Positions 1-10,308 of a stretch of DNA of 64,000 bases are shown here, one piece after another. This stretch comes from Apibacter sp. (GTDB lineage Bacteria > Bacteroidota > Bacteroidia > Flavobacteriales > Weeksellaceae): positions 44,222 to 108,221 of the forward strand of contig JAVBMH010000014.1 in the NCBI GenBank assembly GCA_031552575.1, in the 5' to 3' direction. Each line of letters begins with the position of its first letter. The first letter of the stretch is position 1. The notes under the pieces were generated by a model that worked only from the letters and a program-made list of their open reading frames with translations, was not told the origin of the DNA and searched no databases. Made by a program: the position numbers and the translations under genes.

Positions 1-8
1 GGAGTAAA

Positions 9-1496
9 TTAGAAATTGTTATTTAAAATATCAGATAATTGGTTAACTATTATTTTCTGTTCATTTAAGTCGAAATTTCCAAAACCTAACCGGATGGCTG
101 AAATATCCTTAGTTTGATATAACAAAGATTTGGGAATGGAAATGTTATGTTTCAAACAAGCCTTACTGAATTTCATAAGATTAACAGAAGGATTCCATTT
201 TGTCCAAATGGCTAAACCTCCGGAAGGAGTTTTAAAATTCAGATAGTCATTTAATTGGGTTTGTAACAACTGGGTGAAATGATCTCTTCTTTCCTGATAT
301 ATTTTGGATGTTTTTTTCAGATGCCGGTGGATTTCTCCTTCCCGGATCATTTCTGCCAGAACGTACTCCATCAGAATATCACCTTGCCGGTCTATAATTC
401 CCAAATATTTATACATTTCTGGTATAAGGTTTTGGGGAGCAACAATAAATCCGGTACGAAAACCGGGAGCCAGTGATTTTCCAAAAGAACCGATGTAAAC
501 GACTGTTCCCTGGCTGTCGGCGCTTGCCAAAGGTAAAACACGATTATTGTTGTAGTGAAAATCATAATCGTAATCGTCTTCTAAAATGATAAAATCATAT
601 TGATAAGATAATTCAAGCAAATCTATTCTTCGTTGGGCACTTAAAGTTACCGTAGTAGGATAGTGATGATGTGGAGTCAGGTAAAGCATCCGGATTTTTT
701 TCTTTTCGCATAATTTTTTCACGGCTTCCACGTCAATTCCTTCTTCATCCATAGGAACTGTAAGTATTTCTGCTCCGGTTTTCTGAAATATCATGTTAGT
801 AACAAAATAACTCAGCTCACCAACTGCAACTATATCTTTGGGTGAAATGAGGATTTCCGCTGCAATATAAATACTCATTTCTATACTTCGAGTGATGATG
901 AGGTTGTTTTTTGAAATATGCAATCCACGAGTTAAATTCAAAAAATTAGAAAGATTTTCTTTAAAATATTCCCGCCCTTCCTGATGGGAATTTTCTATAC
1001 CTTTCCTGTTTCGTTTTCTTTTCAGGCTAGAAGAATATAGTTTGGATAATTGATCGATCTGCGAAAGACGAATATCCGGTAAACCGTCGGTAAAAATGAA
1101 TTCACAGTCCGGATTTTCAAAAGGATTATCCAGAATATTGGATCGTTTGAAGTGAAAATAAGTTTGTGTTGGATAAGTTGCCAGATATTTTTGATTGTTA
1201 GTACTAATTTTTTGAGATTTTCCTTCTGATTTATTCAGAATGAAACTTCCTTTATTGGGCAATACTTCTATCCAACCCTGAGCTTCCAGTTCATTATATA
1301 CGGCAGTTATGGTATTTCGGTTTACTTTAAGTAACCGACTTAGAATCCGGGTTCCCGGTAATTTCATTCCCCGGATAAGATATCCGCGTTGTATAGCATT
1401 GATCATCTGATTGGCAATTTGTAAATAAACTGGAGTTCGGGAAGTTTTATTAATCTGGATAAAACTATTGAAAGGAATAATAACCGGACTAGTCAT
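9..1496 (-). CDS. MocR/PdxR-type regulator (GntR winged-HTH fused to PLP aminotransferase-like domain)
   Basis: 495-aa ORF. N-terminal GntR-like HTH (GTRILSRLLKVNRNTITAVYNELEAQGWI). C-terminal fold-type-I aminotransferase-like domain with PLP-lysine context SFGKSLAPGFRTG. Confidence 0.85.
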   Translation of the reverse strand: MTSPVIIPFNSFIQINKTSRTPVYLQIANQMINAIQRGYLIRGMKLPGTRILSRLLKVNRNTITAVYNELEAQGWIEVLPNKGSFILNKSEGKSQKISTNNQKYLATYPTQTYFHFKRSNILDNPFENPDCEFIFTDGLPDIRLSQIDQLSKLYSSSLKRKRNRKGIENSHQEGREYFKENLSNFLNLTRGLHISKNNLIITRSIEMSIYIAAEILISPKDIVAVGELSYFVTNMIFQKTGAEILTVPMDEEGIDVEAVKKLCEKKKIRMLYLTPHHHYPTTVTLSAQRRIDLLELSYQYDFIILEDDYDYDFHYNNNRVLPLASADSQGTVVYIGSFGKSLAPGFRTGFIVAPQNLIPEMYKYLGIIDRQGDILMEYVLAEMIREGEIHRHLKKTSKIYQERRDHFTQLLQTQLNDYLNFKTPSGGLAIWTKWNPSVNLMKFSKACLKHNISIPKSLLYQTKDISAIRLGFGNFDLNEQKIIVNQLSDILNNNF

Positions 1497-1604
1497 AATA
1501 TAAAAACTGGTATATTTTGTTCATCCGGAAAGATACTAAGTTTGCCGAAAACTAATGCAATGTTTGAGAAAGAAAGCTTTAGAAGTGTCTGTTTACAAAT
1601 AAAA

Positions 1605-3422
1605 ATGAAGAAATATTTTACTTTGTTATGTCTGTTGTTCGCATTAATTCTTTCCGGGCAGGAAGAAAAGGAACTGGACCATGTAATTATTGAAGGTAAA
1701 ACCATTTCTTTACCTCTATCTAAAACGACTCAAAATGTACAGATTATTACCAGAGAACAAATAGAACGTTCACCGGCAACCAGCATCGAAGAATTATTAT
1801 CTTATTATTCAGGGGTAGATATTCGTCAGCGGGGAGTACATGGAGTACAGGCAGATATCAGTATCAGAGGAAGCTCCTTTGAACAAGTATTGGTTTTGAT
1901 TAACGGAGTGCGGATGAATGACAGCCAAACCGGACACAACACGATGAATATTCCTTTTGATCTGGCATCTGTGGAACGGATTGAAATCAGCAAAGGACCT
2001 TCTTCCCGACGTTTTGGGGAAAATGCATATGCCGGAGCTATTAATATCATCACCAGACCTTCGGAAAAAACGGATGTAACTGTTTCGGCGTTGGGAGGAG
2101 AATTTGGAACGTATTCTTTGGGAACAGGGATCAATTTGGCAGGGAGAAAATTCTCCCAGTTTTTTCAGGCGGAAACTTCACAATCGGATGGTTACCAATA
2201 TAACACAGATTACCAGATAAAAAATGCCTGGTATCAGAATCAGTATAAGTTGAAAGATGGAGAAATCCGTTTACAGGCGGGAATTATAGATAAGAAATTC
2301 GGGGCAAACGGTTTTTATTCTTCTCCGCTGGCAAAAGATCAATATGAACAAATTGAAACTTCTTTGGTAAGTGTGGGTTGGAGCCAAATGTTTAACCGGA
2401 TTAAAATCAATACCAATGCTTATTGGAGAAGATCTCAGGATGAATATATTTATATTCGTTCCAATCCATCGGTTTACCGGAATTTGCATATCGGGAATAA
2501 TGTTGGGCTGGAAATTAATTCCAGTTATACATCTAAATTAGGAATTACCGGATTGGGAGTGGATTTCCGGAAAGAGTATTTAAGTTCTAACAATTTAGGG
2601 AATCAGAACAGGTTTGTCAGTTTTGTTTTTCTGGAACATCGTTTTTCTTTATTCAGGAATTCACTGGATATTGTTCCGGGAATTAGTTTTGCCGATTATT
2701 CTGATTTTGGAGGATTTTGGTATCCGGGAGTAGATATAGCTTATCAGATCAATTCAAAGAATAAATTGTTTGCCAATGTGGGAAAAACCTATCGGATTCC
2801 TTCTTATACAGATTTGTATTATTCAGACCCGATGAATGAAGGAAATCCTGATTTGAAACCGGAAAATGCCTTATCTTATGAGTTAGGATATCGTTTTTCC
2901 AACAAGAATATTCTGGCTACATTAAGTTTATTCCGAAGGGAATCTAAAGATTTGATTGACTGGACAAAGGAAAATATAACGGATAAATGGAAACCGGAAA
3001 ATATAGCCAGAATTAATACAAATGGAATAGAGGTAGATTTTCAGCAGCGGTTTTTTTCTTCTTTTATAAAATCATATAGTATCGGATATACATATCTGGA
3101 TAATGATATCAAAAGATCTGAGGTTAATTTTTCCCGTTTTTCATTGGATAACTTACGGCATCAGTTGGTAGTGAAATTGGAACATAAACTGATTAAGAAT
3201 TTTACGAATCAGATCATTTATCGGTATAATGATCGGGTTTCTTTGGAAGATTATCATTTACTGGATGATCGATTGATTTATCAGTTGAAGAATTTCAGCA
3301 TTTTCATGCAGGTGAATAACATTTTGGATACCCATTATACGGAAGCTAGTCTGGTTCCTATGCCGGGAAGATGGTTGCAGTTTGGAGTTACATTTAAGAA
3401 TGTTTTTGATTACAGTTCATAA
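1605..3422 (+). CDS. TonB-dependent outer-membrane receptor (small, about 600 aa)
   Basis: The ORF track starts at 1542. I prefer the ATG at 1605, which gives signal peptide MKKYFTLLCLLFALILSGQ. Plug-domain motifs (IRGSSFEQVLVLINGVRMND, IEISKGPSS) and barrel motif GNPDLKPE. Divergent from the MocR regulator. Confidence 0.85.
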   Translation: MKKYFTLLCLLFALILSGQEEKELDHVIIEGKTISLPLSKTTQNVQIITREQIERSPATSIEELLSYYSGVDIRQRGVHGVQADISIRGSSFEQVLVLINGVRMNDSQTGHNTMNIPFDLASVERIEISKGPSSRRFGENAYAGAINIITRPSEKTDVTVSALGGEFGTYSLGTGINLAGRKFSQFFQAETSQSDGYQYNTDYQIKNAWYQNQYKLKDGEIRLQAGIIDKKFGANGFYSSPLAKDQYEQIETSLVSVGWSQMFNRIKINTNAYWRRSQDEYIYIRSNPSVYRNLHIGNNVGLEINSSYTSKLGITGLGVDFRKEYLSSNNLGNQNRFVSFVFLEHRFSLFRNSLDIVPGISFADYSDFGGFWYPGVDIAYQINSKNKLFANVGKTYRIPSYTDLYYSDPMNEGNPDLKPENALSYELGYRFSNKNILATLSLFRRESKDLIDWTKENITDKWKPENIARINTNGIEVDFQQRFFSSFIKSYSIGYTYLDNDIKRSEVNFSRFSLDNLRHQLVVKLEHKLIKNFTNQIIYRYNDRVSLEDYHLLDDRLIYQLKNFSIFMQVNNILDTHYTEASLVPMPGRWLQFGVTFKNVFDYSS

Positions 3423-3700
3423 AAACGTAACCGGTTTTGTAATTCCATCATTTCTTCCCGTAATGTCCGGATTCTGTTCAGCAAATGATGAATAGCATCA
3501 ATTCCTTCCATATTGATTTGTAGTTCGTAAAACATCCGGCTAAAAGATTCCAGTTCAGGAAGAACTTCAAAAGGAATATATTTTTCCTTTTCTCTTTTAA
3601 TGGTTCGGATAAGTCCCAATTCTTCTAGCTCTTCCACAAAAGAAGGTTCTACTTTATAATGGATGCAATATTCTTTCAGTATAATTAATTGGTTTTCCAT
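3410..3700 (-). CDS. CbpM-like MerR-type chaperone modulator
   Basis: 96-aa ORF directly downstream of, and co-oriented with, the CbpA-like DnaJ gene. Small MerR-like helix pattern (EYCIHYKVEPSFVEELEELGLI). The pairing matches the cbpA-cbpM operon layout. Confidence 0.6.
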   Translation of the reverse strand: MENQLIILKEYCIHYKVEPSFVEELEELGLIRTIKREKEKYIPFEVLPELESFSRMFYELQINMEGIDAIHHLLNRIRTLREEMMELQNRLRFYEL

Positions 3701-3711
3701 AGTGTTTCTTT

Positions 3712-4623
3712 TTATGATTCGGCCAACTGTTTGAATAATTCCTTTTGTTTATCAGTTAAATGAGTTGGAATTTTCACTTTATAAGTTACAAATAAATCTC
3801 CGAATTGTCCTTCTTTTTTGTAAACAGGAAATCCTTTTCCTTTTAACCGGACTTTGGTATCGTTCTGGGTTCCGGGAGCTACTTTCAGTTTTACTTTTCC
3901 GTCCAGTGTATTTATGGTGGCTTCTCCGCCTAAAACGGCAGTATATAAATCAATTTCCGCAGTTGCAGATAAATTGTTATTCAGTCTTTTAAAATGTGGA
4001 TTTTCGGAAATGATGAAGGTGATATACAAATCTCCGTTCGGACCTCCGTTCATTCCGGGTCCTCCTTGTCCGCTTAACTTGATTTGTTTTCCGTTTCCGA
4101 CTCCGGCAGGAATGGTAATACGGATTTGTTTTCCATTTAAGTTTAAGGTTTGTTTGTGGGTAGTGGCCGCTTCCGTCAGGGAAAGATGTAATTCGGTGGT
4201 GTAATCTTGTCCCTTGAATTTTGCACTTCTTCCTCCGGAAGTTCTTCCGGTTCTTCCTCCAAACAGTTCACTGAAGAAATCGGAGAAATCTTCCGTTCCG
4301 AATCCGTGGGAAAATCCTTCAAACGGATTTCCAGAATTGTCGTAATAATAATTTCCTCCTGAACCTTGTTGTTGTTTTGCCTGTTCAAATTGTTCTGCAT
4401 GTTTCCAGTTTTCTCCGTACTGATCGTATTTTTTTCTTTTTTCCGGATCGCTCAATACTTCATTAGCTTCGTTGACCTGCTGGAATTTTACGTGTGCTTC
4501 TTTATCATTGGGGTTTAGATCGGGATGATATTTCCGGGCGAGTTTCCGGTACGCCTTTTTTATGTCATCCAGAGAAACATTTTTATCTATTCCCAAGACT
4601 TTATAGTAATCGATAAATGCCAT
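3712..4623 (-). CDS. cbpA: DnaJ-class co-chaperone / curved-DNA-binding protein CbpA-like
   Basis: J domain with HPD motif ([10 protein letters not shown]), G/F-rich linker, C-terminal DnaJ substrate-binding repeats. No zinc-finger CxxCxGxG, as in CbpA. Confidence 0.8.
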   Translation of the reverse strand: MAFIDYYKVLGIDKNVSLDDIKKAYRKLARKYHPDLNPNDKEAHVKFQQVNEANEVLSDPEKRKKYDQYGENWKHAEQFEQAKQQQGSGGNYYYDNSGNPFEGFSHGFGTEDFSDFFSELFGGRTGRTSGGRSAKFKGQDYTTELHLSLTEAATTHKQTLNLNGKQIRITIPAGVGNGKQIKLSGQGGPGMNGGPNGDLYITFIISENPHFKRLNNNLSATAEIDLYTAVLGGEATINTLDGKVKLKVAPGTQNDTKVRLKGKGFPVYKKEGQFGDLFVTYKVKIPTHLTDKQKELFKQLAES

Positions 4624-4715
4624 TTTTTGTTTTTATAGGTTTTGTGTTGCAATATATACCTCAATTTTAGTGCAAAACTTACTATTAAGAACATTTTGTC
4701 AGATATAAAGTGAAA

Positions 4716-4744
4716 ATAAAAAAGACGGATAAATTTATCCGTCT
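4716..4744 (-). terminator. Intrinsic terminator of the pirin gene
   Basis: Perfect 11-bp hairpin AGACGGATAAA/TTTATCCGTCT (4723-4744), followed on the minus strand by a T-run (plus-strand A-run 4716-4722). Confidence 0.6.
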
Positions 4745-4772
4745 GTCTTTAATAAGTTTTATGGGGTGTTAA

Positions 4773-5492
4773 TTAAGCCATAGGTACGTCTATAAGTAAG
4801 ATTCTCGAATTATCGGAAAGTGATTCTATTTTTATGGAATCAGCATCCCAGATCCCCAATCCGTCCCGGTGAGATAATTTTTGATCTCCGATTATGAATT
4901 CTCCTTCAATAACCATTATATATAATCCGTTTCCTGATTTCTTTATTTGGTAATCAATGGTTTGGTTTTCGTCAAAAATTCCGGTATTTAGCCAGGCATT
5001 TTGGTGTATCCATAATTCGTTGTCATTAGATTCCGTATCGGGAGAAACGATTTGAGTCAATATGTTTTTATCAGTAAAAAAATCAAAGGTTTTTTGATCG
5101 TATCGGGGTTTTACATCCCTTTTATTAGGGAAAATCCAGATCTGGAAAAGATTAACCGGTTTATCTGGATTTGCGTTGTATTCGCTGTGGTAAAGTCCGG
5201 TTCCGGCACTCATTACTTGTACATCTCCAGCTTTGATCACTTCCGTATGTCCCATATTGTCTTTGTGTTCCAATGCCCCATATAGAGGAATGGTTATAAT
5301 TTCCATATTGTCATGCGGATGACTTCCGAATCCTTCACCTCCCAATACAATATCATCATTAAGTACTCGTAAAGCTCCGAAATTGATACGTTCGGAATCG
5401 AAATATCCCGCAAAGCTGAAAGTGTGACGGGCATCTAACCATCCGTGATTTGCGTGTCCTCTGCTTGTTGCGGAATATAATATTGTTTTCAT
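4773..5492 (-). CDS. Pirin-family (bicupin) protein
   Basis: 239 aa. Cupin metal-site pattern GFGSHPHDNMEIITIPLYGALEHKD. Typical pirin N-terminus RGHANHGWLDARHTFSF. Confidence 0.85.
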   Translation of the reverse strand: MKTILYSATSRGHANHGWLDARHTFSFAGYFDSERINFGALRVLNDDIVLGGEGFGSHPHDNMEIITIPLYGALEHKDNMGHTEVIKAGDVQVMSAGTGLYHSEYNANPDKPVNLFQIWIFPNKRDVKPRYDQKTFDFFTDKNILTQIVSPDTESNDNELWIHQNAWLNTGIFDENQTIDYQIKKSGNGLYIMVIEGEFIIGDQKLSHRDGLGIWDADSIKIESLSDNSRILLIDVPMA

Positions 5493-5662
5493 GATAAATC
5501 TCTTTTTCTTATTGGTTATTTTCTAATTTGTTATACAAAGTTACCACCTGAGAGAGGTGATTTCCATTGATTTAGGTTAAGAAATGAGAAACGTCTGTTA
5601 AATTGGTTTGTGCGGCTTAATTCGATATATTTGCATTTCTTAAATTAAAAGCTAAAATTACT

Positions 5663-6544
5663 ATGAAAAGATTATTTTTATTCTTTGTTTTGTTTTCTTT
5701 ATTGATGAATTCCTGCTCTCATGATGACAATGATGATCTTACTAATCCGACAGCAACAGAAAATGTAGGGACTTTAAGTGTGAAAATAGATGGAAAATTT
5801 ACTGTGTTTGATGATTTGATTGTAACAAAGCGTTATTATTCTTATGAAAATGAAAATTATACTTATTTGACAGTTACAGCAACAAGAAAGAATAATCCTA
5901 GTGAGATTATTTCTTTTGTAATAAGAAGAGAAAGTAATGAGATATATGGTTTAACCTATGTTAAAAATGGAGTAGTTTATGGTTATTATCAAACTATTTC
6001 TGATGATTTTTATTATGTAGATCCTGGATTGTCTGGATTAACCGTTGGTACAGATCATAAGTTGATCGGAAAATTTTCAGGAAAGGTTTGGGGAAATATT
6101 AAATTGGAAAATGGTGAATATCCTGTTGTTGCATTAACTGATGCTTCTTTTAATATAAATTATGGATATGATTATAATCTTGTGGTAGATATGAATATTT
6201 TCAAATTTAAGGTTGGTGGGGTTGAAAAAGTGTTTACTAATCTTGAGGTTCAATATTTTGAAAGTGTAGATTTGGTTTGGGTTCATGGTATTAATGATGA
6301 TTCCTATGAGGAATTTAGTTGTTATCTTAATACAGATAATATAATAGGATTGCCTTATCTTCGTTCGTTTATGTACAGGGGATATGGAAGCATTGCTTCC
6401 AATGTTTTTTCAGCATTTAAAATAAATAATAATGACCGTAAATTAATAGGGATATTTATGGGACCAGCTTATAGATTTAATATGGAAACTCAGAAAAAAG
6501 AATCTATAGTGATAACTGATGGTTATTTTCAAATTGCCTATTAA
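5663..6544 (+). CDS. Hypothetical lipoprotein
   Basis: Signal peptide plus lipobox (LFSLLMNSCSHDD). No recognisable catalytic motif. Confidence 0.6.
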   Translation: MKRLFLFFVLFSLLMNSCSHDDNDDLTNPTATENVGTLSVKIDGKFTVFDDLIVTKRYYSYENENYTYLTVTATRKNNPSEIISFVIRRESNEIYGLTYVKNGVVYGYYQTISDDFYYVDPGLSGLTVGTDHKLIGKFSGKVWGNIKLENGEYPVVALTDASFNINYGYDYNLVVDMNIFKFKVGGVEKVFTNLEVQYFESVDLVWVHGINDDSYEEFSCYLNTDNIIGLPYLRSFMYRGYGSIASNVFSAFKINNNDRKLIGIFMGPAYRFNMETQKKESIVITDGYFQIAY

Positions 6545-6570
6545 ATAAAACAATCATATAAAAAAAACAA

Positions 6571-6604
6571 AAACAACCTTTAATTTATTAAAGGTTGTTT
6601 TTTA
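6571..6604. terminator. Bidirectional intrinsic terminator between convergent genes
   Basis: Hairpin AAACAACCTTTAA...TTAAAGGTTGTTT, flanked by an A-run on the left and a T-run on the right. Lies between the 3' ends of 5663..6544(+) and 6655..8277(-). Confidence 0.6.
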
Positions 6605-6654
6605 GTTATTTAAAATTTTATTTAGGTACGGTGTTTTTTAGTGTTTCTTATTTG

Positions 6655-8277
6655 TTAGTTCTTTAGTCGTGAAGAGTTGTTGTTATTCAGGATTGTATCA
6701 ACCAGATTTTTGTTTATTTTGGAATCTTTAGTCGCTACTACGGAATCAATAGAGAACGCATATAAAGCTTCGGTTATAGACAGAGAACCCTTGGCAGAAT
6801 CTTTTCTTCCGTTAAATGGTAAAGTGTCAGGTCCCCTCTGACATTGGGAATTAATGTTGATTCTTCCTAACTGACAACATAAAGCATCAATGAAAAAAGC
6901 TATGGTTTCTGCCTGAGTACTAAACAGGGAAACCTGTTGTCCTGTATTGGATTTTCTGATGTAGTTAATCGGAGTTTCCGGATCATCGTAAGGAACTATA
7001 GGGATGATAGGGGCAAATTGTTCCTCATTGTATAACATCTTCATTTTTTCGTTAGCCGGATAAATGATAGTCGGATTTATCAGTGAGTGGAAAATTTGTC
7101 CTCCTCCGAATTCTACATTACTGATTTTCGCTCCGTTTTGTAAGGCTTCATCTATGCATTTTTGAATGTAATCCGGTTTTCCCGGTTCGGCCATAGGAGT
7201 GATGAATACATTTTCTTCCCAAGGCATTCCGATTTTATAGTTGGAAGTTTCTTTTGAGAATTTTTTGACGAATTCTTCAGCTATGGAAGAATGGACAAAG
7301 ATGATTTTCAGAGCAGTACAACGTTGTCCGTTAAAGGAGAAAGAGCCTAAAATAGATTCTTTCACTGCCAGATCAATATCAGCGGTTTTATCTATAATAG
7401 CTGCATTTTTTGCATCTAATCCTAAAACGGAATGTAAACTGTTGGCATTCGAATGTTCTTTGATCATTCCGTTGGCTACTTTGCTGGAGCCGATAAATGC
7501 CAGAACATCTACTTTTCCTGATTGCATTATGGTAGGAGTAACGTCTTTTCCTCTTCCATACACAGTGTTGATCACTCCTTTTGGAAAGCATTCTTTAAAT
7601 GCATCCAATAAAGGTTCAAACAAAAGAGTACCGTGTCGGGGAGGTTTAAATAAAACAGTATTTCCCATTAATAAAGCCGGAATAAGAGTGGTAAAAGTTT
7701 CATTTAGAGGATAATTGTAAGGTCCCATACACAAAACCACTCCATAAGGTAATTTCTTTACCTGAGCCATAATCCCTTCATCTATTATGAGTTGTGATGA
7801 TTCCTTGTCGATTTCCGTAAGAGCTGCAATAGAACTCCTCATAAAATCAACTGTCCGGTCAAATTCTTTTTCCGAATCTTTTACACTTTTACAAATTTCC
7901 CAAACCAAAAGCTTTACAACCTGATCCCGTTGAATGATCATCTTGTCAATGAAGTTTTCCATTGATTTTATACGTTCGGCCACTGACATGGAAGGCCATT
8001 CTCCACGTCCTCCATCAAAAGCTTTTAGAGCAGCATCTAATGCTAAGTTTGATTCCCTGATAGTACAAATGGGATAACTGCCTATAACCATCTTTTCTAA
8101 AGAGTCGGAGGCCTTTGATTGTACATATACGGAAGAGGTTACTTCCTGAAAAGGACCTTTCCATTCAATGAATTCCCCATTGATCAGTACTTTTTTCTGA
8201 TGAATCTCATTTTGTAACCGGATTTGTTCCGGAATTTCGTTTTCTTTCGGAAAATAGCTTATCAGATTTTTGCTCAT
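6655..8277 (-). CDS. Aldehyde dehydrogenase superfamily protein (non-phosphorylating GAPDH/GapN-like), atypical general-base region
   Basis: 540 aa. Catalytic Cys context FNGQRCTALK and NAD(P)-binding region FIGSSKVANG. The usual ELGGK segment reads LGLDAK (see findings). Confidence 0.75.
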   Translation of the reverse strand: MSKNLISYFPKENEIPEQIRLQNEIHQKKVLINGEFIEWKGPFQEVTSSVYVQSKASDSLEKMVIGSYPICTIRESNLALDAALKAFDGGRGEWPSMSVAERIKSMENFIDKMIIQRDQVVKLLVWEICKSVKDSEKEFDRTVDFMRSSIAALTEIDKESSQLIIDEGIMAQVKKLPYGVVLCMGPYNYPLNETFTTLIPALLMGNTVLFKPPRHGTLLFEPLLDAFKECFPKGVINTVYGRGKDVTPTIMQSGKVDVLAFIGSSKVANGMIKEHSNANSLHSVLGLDAKNAAIIDKTADIDLAVKESILGSFSFNGQRCTALKIIFVHSSIAEEFVKKFSKETSNYKIGMPWEENVFITPMAEPGKPDYIQKCIDEALQNGAKISNVEFGGGQIFHSLINPTIIYPANEKMKMLYNEEQFAPIIPIVPYDDPETPINYIRKSNTGQQVSLFSTQAETIAFFIDALCCQLGRININSQCQRGPDTLPFNGRKDSAKGSLSITEALYAFSIDSVVATKDSKINKNLVDTILNNNNSSRLKN

Positions 8278-8627
8278 GGTATTGTGTGTTGTATTAAAAT
8301 AGTTAACTGTTCTAAAAATAAAATCAATACAAAAATAACAAATTTCGTTTCTTTACGATATGATTATTTTCATATTCATATGAAATATTAATAAAATAAA
8401 CAGTAATGAAATGAAATTATTTAAATGAATATATTTCTATAAGATGTTGAAAAAAAGCTTTTAACGAAGGTAGTAAAAAAAGCTTTTGAAAATATAGGGA
8501 TAGATGGAGAAATTAAAATTTTTAGGTTTAGTAGTATGACGAAATGAGTTTATAATACTTATTATTAGTGAATTATAATAAGGTAGTAGTGAATTGAAAA
8601 TAAAAATGCAGTGTTTTTGATGTGGTT

Positions 8628-10283
8628 TTATTTAATGTTTAATCTACTTTTTCGATAACCGTAAAGGAAATAAATAGTTAAACCAATTATCAGCCAGATA
8701 ATGAACATGAGCCAGTTTGACCATCCTAATTCAGTCATTAGATATAAATTAAATAAAATACCTAAGGCTGGTAAAAGAGAGAATTTATACTTTAAAGCAG
8801 AAAGGGATAAGCCCAGCCAGGTTAACCAGAAAATAATCAATAAAGGTTTTTCAGAAATCGTTGTTTTGTAATTGGTATGGAAAATAAAAAAATACAATCC
8901 CAAAATAAAAGCAATTCCGATAACGTATTGTCCGTTGATGTAAGGAATTTTGAATTTTGCCTTTTTCATTTCTCCTTTATGATCCAGATATAAGGTTCCG
9001 GAACAAACTAATATAAAGGCAAAAAACGTTCCTACGCTGGTCAGATCTACCACAAATTGCATATCCAGGAACATGGCAGGAATTCCCACAATAACCCCAG
9101 TCAGGATAGTGGAAAATCCGGGAGTTTTATATTTTTTATTGATCTTGCTAAATCTCTTACCTAATAATCCGTCACGGCTCATGGACATCCAAATTCTCGG
9201 CTGTCCGATCTGATATACCAATAAAGTACTGGTAATGGCAATTACGGCACTGATGGAAATAACTCCGGAAATGAAATTCATTCCTACTTTTCCGAAAACA
9301 TAGGCCAACGGATCATCTACCCTTAATTCTTTGTAATTTACCATTCCGGTTAGAATAAAAGAAAGGATGACATACAAAACCGTACAAATAACTAGGCAAT
9401 AGATCATTGCGCGCGGTAAATCCTTTTGTGGGTTTTTGGCTTCTTCTGCCGTAGTGGAAATAGAATCGAACCCGATAAAGGCAAAAAAAACGGCTGCTAC
9501 TCCGCCCATTACTCCTCCGATTCCGTTAGGCATGAAAGGCGACCAGTTTTCCGGTTTTACAAAGAATGCTCCGGCAATAATTACTAAGGCAATAACTCCT
9601 AATTTTAGAATAACCAGCCAGTTACTTAAATTTTTAGATTCTTTTATTCCTATGTAAACGATAAAAGTGATAAACAAAGTAACCAGTCCGGCAGGAAGAT
9701 CAAATAAGATTTTCATTCCTCCTATTTCAGGGGCGTTGACATAAGTTCGGGCTGCTTTGGTTATAGTATCAGGAATGTGTTCTCCTGTCGCAGCATTTTG
9801 TACATGAATAAAAGCTTCTTTTGCAGAACCATAATCAATTTCCAGCCAATCGGGCCAATGGATTCCAAAACCGGCAAGCATTGTTGTAAAATACTCCGAC
9901 CAGGAAATCGCCACTACCATATTGGAAACAGCATATTCCAGAAGTAGAGCCCAACCGATGATCCAGGCAAAAATTTCACCCAGTGAAGCGTAAGTATAGG
10001 TATATGCACTTCCGCTGATGGGAATCATGGAAGCAAACTGTGCATAACACAGTGCAGTGAAAATACATGCAATGGCCACCAATATAAACAGAAGGGAAAC
10101 CGCCGGTCCTCCTTCATACGATGCCCTTCCGATAGTACTGAAAATTCCGGCTCCCACAATGGCTGCCACTCCCAAAAAAGTAAGATCCCGCACTCCCAAA
10201 ACTTTATGAAGTTGAGTCTGTTCGTTTACTTCATTCTCTATATCGCGTATTTTTTTTCTTCGGAAAAGTGATTGTAAATTCAT
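8628..10283 (-). CDS. APC-superfamily amino acid permease (paralog 1)
   Basis: 551 aa, about 12-14 hydrophobic segments, N-terminal AGIFSTIGRASYEGGPAVS motif typical of cationic-amino-acid-transporter-type APC permeases. Confidence 0.85.
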   Translation of the reverse strand: MNLQSLFRRKKIRDIENEVNEQTQLHKVLGVRDLTFLGVAAIVGAGIFSTIGRASYEGGPAVSLLFILVAIACIFTALCYAQFASMIPISGSAYTYTYASLGEIFAWIIGWALLLEYAVSNMVVAISWSEYFTTMLAGFGIHWPDWLEIDYGSAKEAFIHVQNAATGEHIPDTITKAARTYVNAPEIGGMKILFDLPAGLVTLFITFIVYIGIKESKNLSNWLVILKLGVIALVIIAGAFFVKPENWSPFMPNGIGGVMGGVAAVFFAFIGFDSISTTAEEAKNPQKDLPRAMIYCLVICTVLYVILSFILTGMVNYKELRVDDPLAYVFGKVGMNFISGVISISAVIAITSTLLVYQIGQPRIWMSMSRDGLLGKRFSKINKKYKTPGFSTILTGVIVGIPAMFLDMQFVVDLTSVGTFFAFILVCSGTLYLDHKGEMKKAKFKIPYINGQYVIGIAFILGLYFFIFHTNYKTTISEKPLLIIFWLTWLGLSLSALKYKFSLLPALGILFNLYLMTELGWSNWLMFIIWLIIGLTIYFLYGYRKSRLNIK

Positions 10284-10308
10284 AAAATTTTAAAGTTAAA
10301 TTTAATAG

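Noticed and set aside
1497-1604. Possible riboswitch (e.g. cobalamin) or MocR operator upstream of the TonB-dependent receptor.
   Set aside because: The spacer is only about 108 nt, lacks recognisable conserved riboswitch cores, and must also house two divergent promoters. I could not define a convincing repeat for MocR binding.
1542-1604. ORF-track N-terminal extension of the TonB-dependent receptor (MPKTNAMFEKESFRSVCLQIK).
   Set aside because: The extension precedes a perfect signal peptide that starts at the ATG at 1605, so the longer form is unlikely.
7241-7714. 157-aa plus-strand ORF antisense to the aldehyde dehydrogenase gene (also 7388..7591).
   Set aside because: It lies fully inside a well-supported gene on the other strand and has no motifs: a typical shadow ORF. 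The same reasoning applies to other antisense ORFs in the track. Examples are 279..498, 1826..2134, 3765..4204, 9436..9657, 24102..25581 (minus), 30629..31367, 32311..32727, 35117..35500, 41032..41607, 48077..48902 and 61390..61764.
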